Shown piece by piece: positions 63,020 through 64,000 of a stretch of DNA of 64,000 nucleotides. This stretch comes from an uncultured Alphaproteobacteria bacterium. GTDB taxonomy: Bacteria > Pseudomonadota > Alphaproteobacteria > HIMB59. Numbering within the stretch: the first letter of the stretch is position 1; every line of letters begins with the position of its first letter. The translations under genes were made by a program, and so were the position numbers. Below the pieces are notes generated by a model. That model saw nothing but the letters and a program-made list of their open reading frames with translations, made no database searches and was not told the DNA's origin. The stretch spans positions 1,580 through 65,579 of the forward strand of contig CACDYZ010000008.1 in the NCBI GenBank assembly GCA_902557145.1, written 5' to 3'.

Positions 63020-63865
63020 TTATTTTTTTACGAAAGATAAAACTTTTGAGAGAGATTGATTTAATTCTTTACGATGAACAACCATATCAATCATCCCGTG
63101 CTCTAAAAGATATTCTGCTGTTTGAAAATCTTCAGGTAACTGTTCTTTAATTGTTTCTTCAATCACTCGCTTGCCAGCAAAACCAATCATACTTCCTTTT
63201 TCTGCAATAATGATATCTCCAAGCATGGCAAATGAAGCACTAACACCACCTGTAGTTGGATGGGTCAGCACGCTAATGTATGGGATTTTATGCTGATCCA
63301 ACATATTCACAGCTGCAACTGTTTTGGGTAGTTGCATCAAACTTACGATACCCTCTTGCATTCTAGCACCACCTGAAGAAGCAACAGAAATAAATGGACA
63401 ATTTAAATCAACAGCATTTTTACAACCAATTTTAAATGCTTCGCCAACAAATTGACCCATAGAACCTCCCATAAAATTGAAGTCCAAAATAAATACTACA
63501 ACCTTTGTATCTCCAATTTCACCTTTAGCTAAAATAGCAGCATCTTTTTGATCAGTTTTTTTTTGTGCAGCCTTCATTCTATCGGAATACTTTTTAAGAT
63601 CTTTAAATTTTAAAGGATCATTATTTTCAAAAGGTACTTCTATAAGCTCAAAAGAATTATCGCCAAATAAATTTTTCAATCTACTATTTACATCCATATT
63701 CATATGGTAGTCACAATAGGAACAAACATTTAGATTTTCTTTTAAATCACTGACATAAAGAGTCCTCTCTCCACAACCACACTTGGTCCATAAATCAGAG
63801 GGGGGCTCTTTTCGAGTAACAAGAGAACTTAATTTAGGTTTTACATAATCTGTTAACCAGTTCAT
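63020..63865 (-). CDS. accD: Acetyl-CoA carboxylase carboxyltransferase beta subunit
   Basis: MNW, DPLKFKD, FMGGSMG, SGGARMQEG, PTTGGV, GFAG.RVIE. Confidence 0.98.
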   Translation of the reverse strand: MNWLTDYVKPKLSSLVTRKEPPSDLWTKCGCGERTLYVSDLKENLNVCSYCDYHMNMDVNSRLKNLFGDNSFELIEVPFENNDPLKFKDLKKYSDRMKAAQKKTDQKDAAILAKGEIGDTKVVVFILDFNFMGGSMGQFVGEAFKIGCKNAVDLNCPFISVASSGGARMQEGIVSLMQLPKTVAAVNMLDQHKIPYISVLTHPTTGGVSASFAMLGDIIIAEKGSMIGFAGKRVIEETIKEQLPEDFQTAEYLLEHGMIDMVVHRKELNQSLSKVLSFVKK

Positions 63866-63866
63866 T

Positions 63867-64000
63867 TTAAACTTTAACCTCTTTAATTAATTTTTTTAGA
63901 GCCATAAGATATTTATTGATATCCATTTTTAAATCAAAATATTTTTGTATAAGAGCTGAACCAATTATAACACCATCAGCATTAGTTTTTTTTGATATTT
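63867..64000 (-). CDS. trpA: Tryptophan synthase alpha subunit, C-terminal fragment (gene begins beyond the window)
   Basis: Minus frame reads ..TNADGVIIGSALIQKY...EVKV*; ADG.I.GSA motif and trpA-accD-folC synteny. Confidence 0.85.
   Translation of the reverse strand, partial: ISKKTNADGVIIGSALIQKYFDLKMDINKYLMALKKLIKEVKV

Overview
Gene-dense, AT-rich window from a streamlined, probably marine, alphaproteobacterium. A SAR11-like or HIMB59/AEGEAN-169-like lineage is inferred from the AT richness, near-zero intergenic spacers, RegBA and gene order. The left ~22 kb is core: the mutM 3' end, rpsT, dnaA-dnaN-recF-gyrB-regB-regA-polA, an NrdR-box-controlled nrdA-nrdB-glutaredoxin operon, PfkB kinase-ahcY-metK, and tsaE-amgK-murU-trxA. 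The right end is folC-accD-trpA'. Between trxA and folC lie ~39 kb of accessory metabolism: an AAA-less AcoR-type regulator with an alcohol dehydrogenase and ABC importer, a PQQ aldose dehydrogenase with lactonase, an orphan iolD, an aglEFG-GH4-aglK-GH1 glycoside operon, a GC-richer fadN/acyl-CoA ligase pair, a split photolyase-like pair, pxpABC with a gamma-glutamylcyclotransferase, a HupE/DUF4198 metal module and thiol enzymes. I found no tRNA, rRNA, CRISPR array or mobile element. The most notable items are: (1) a chimeric ribonucleotide reductase, with a Pseudomonas-type ATP cone on a eukaryote-type NrdA and an NrdB whose first metal ligand is Glu while the radical Tyr is kept; (2) a two-gene photolyase with reversed domain order; (3) an uncharacterised alcohol/polyol uptake and oxidation module under a truncated enhancer-binding protein; (4) a candidate two-hairpin sRNA downstream of folC. 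All family calls come from motif recognition, without database searches.
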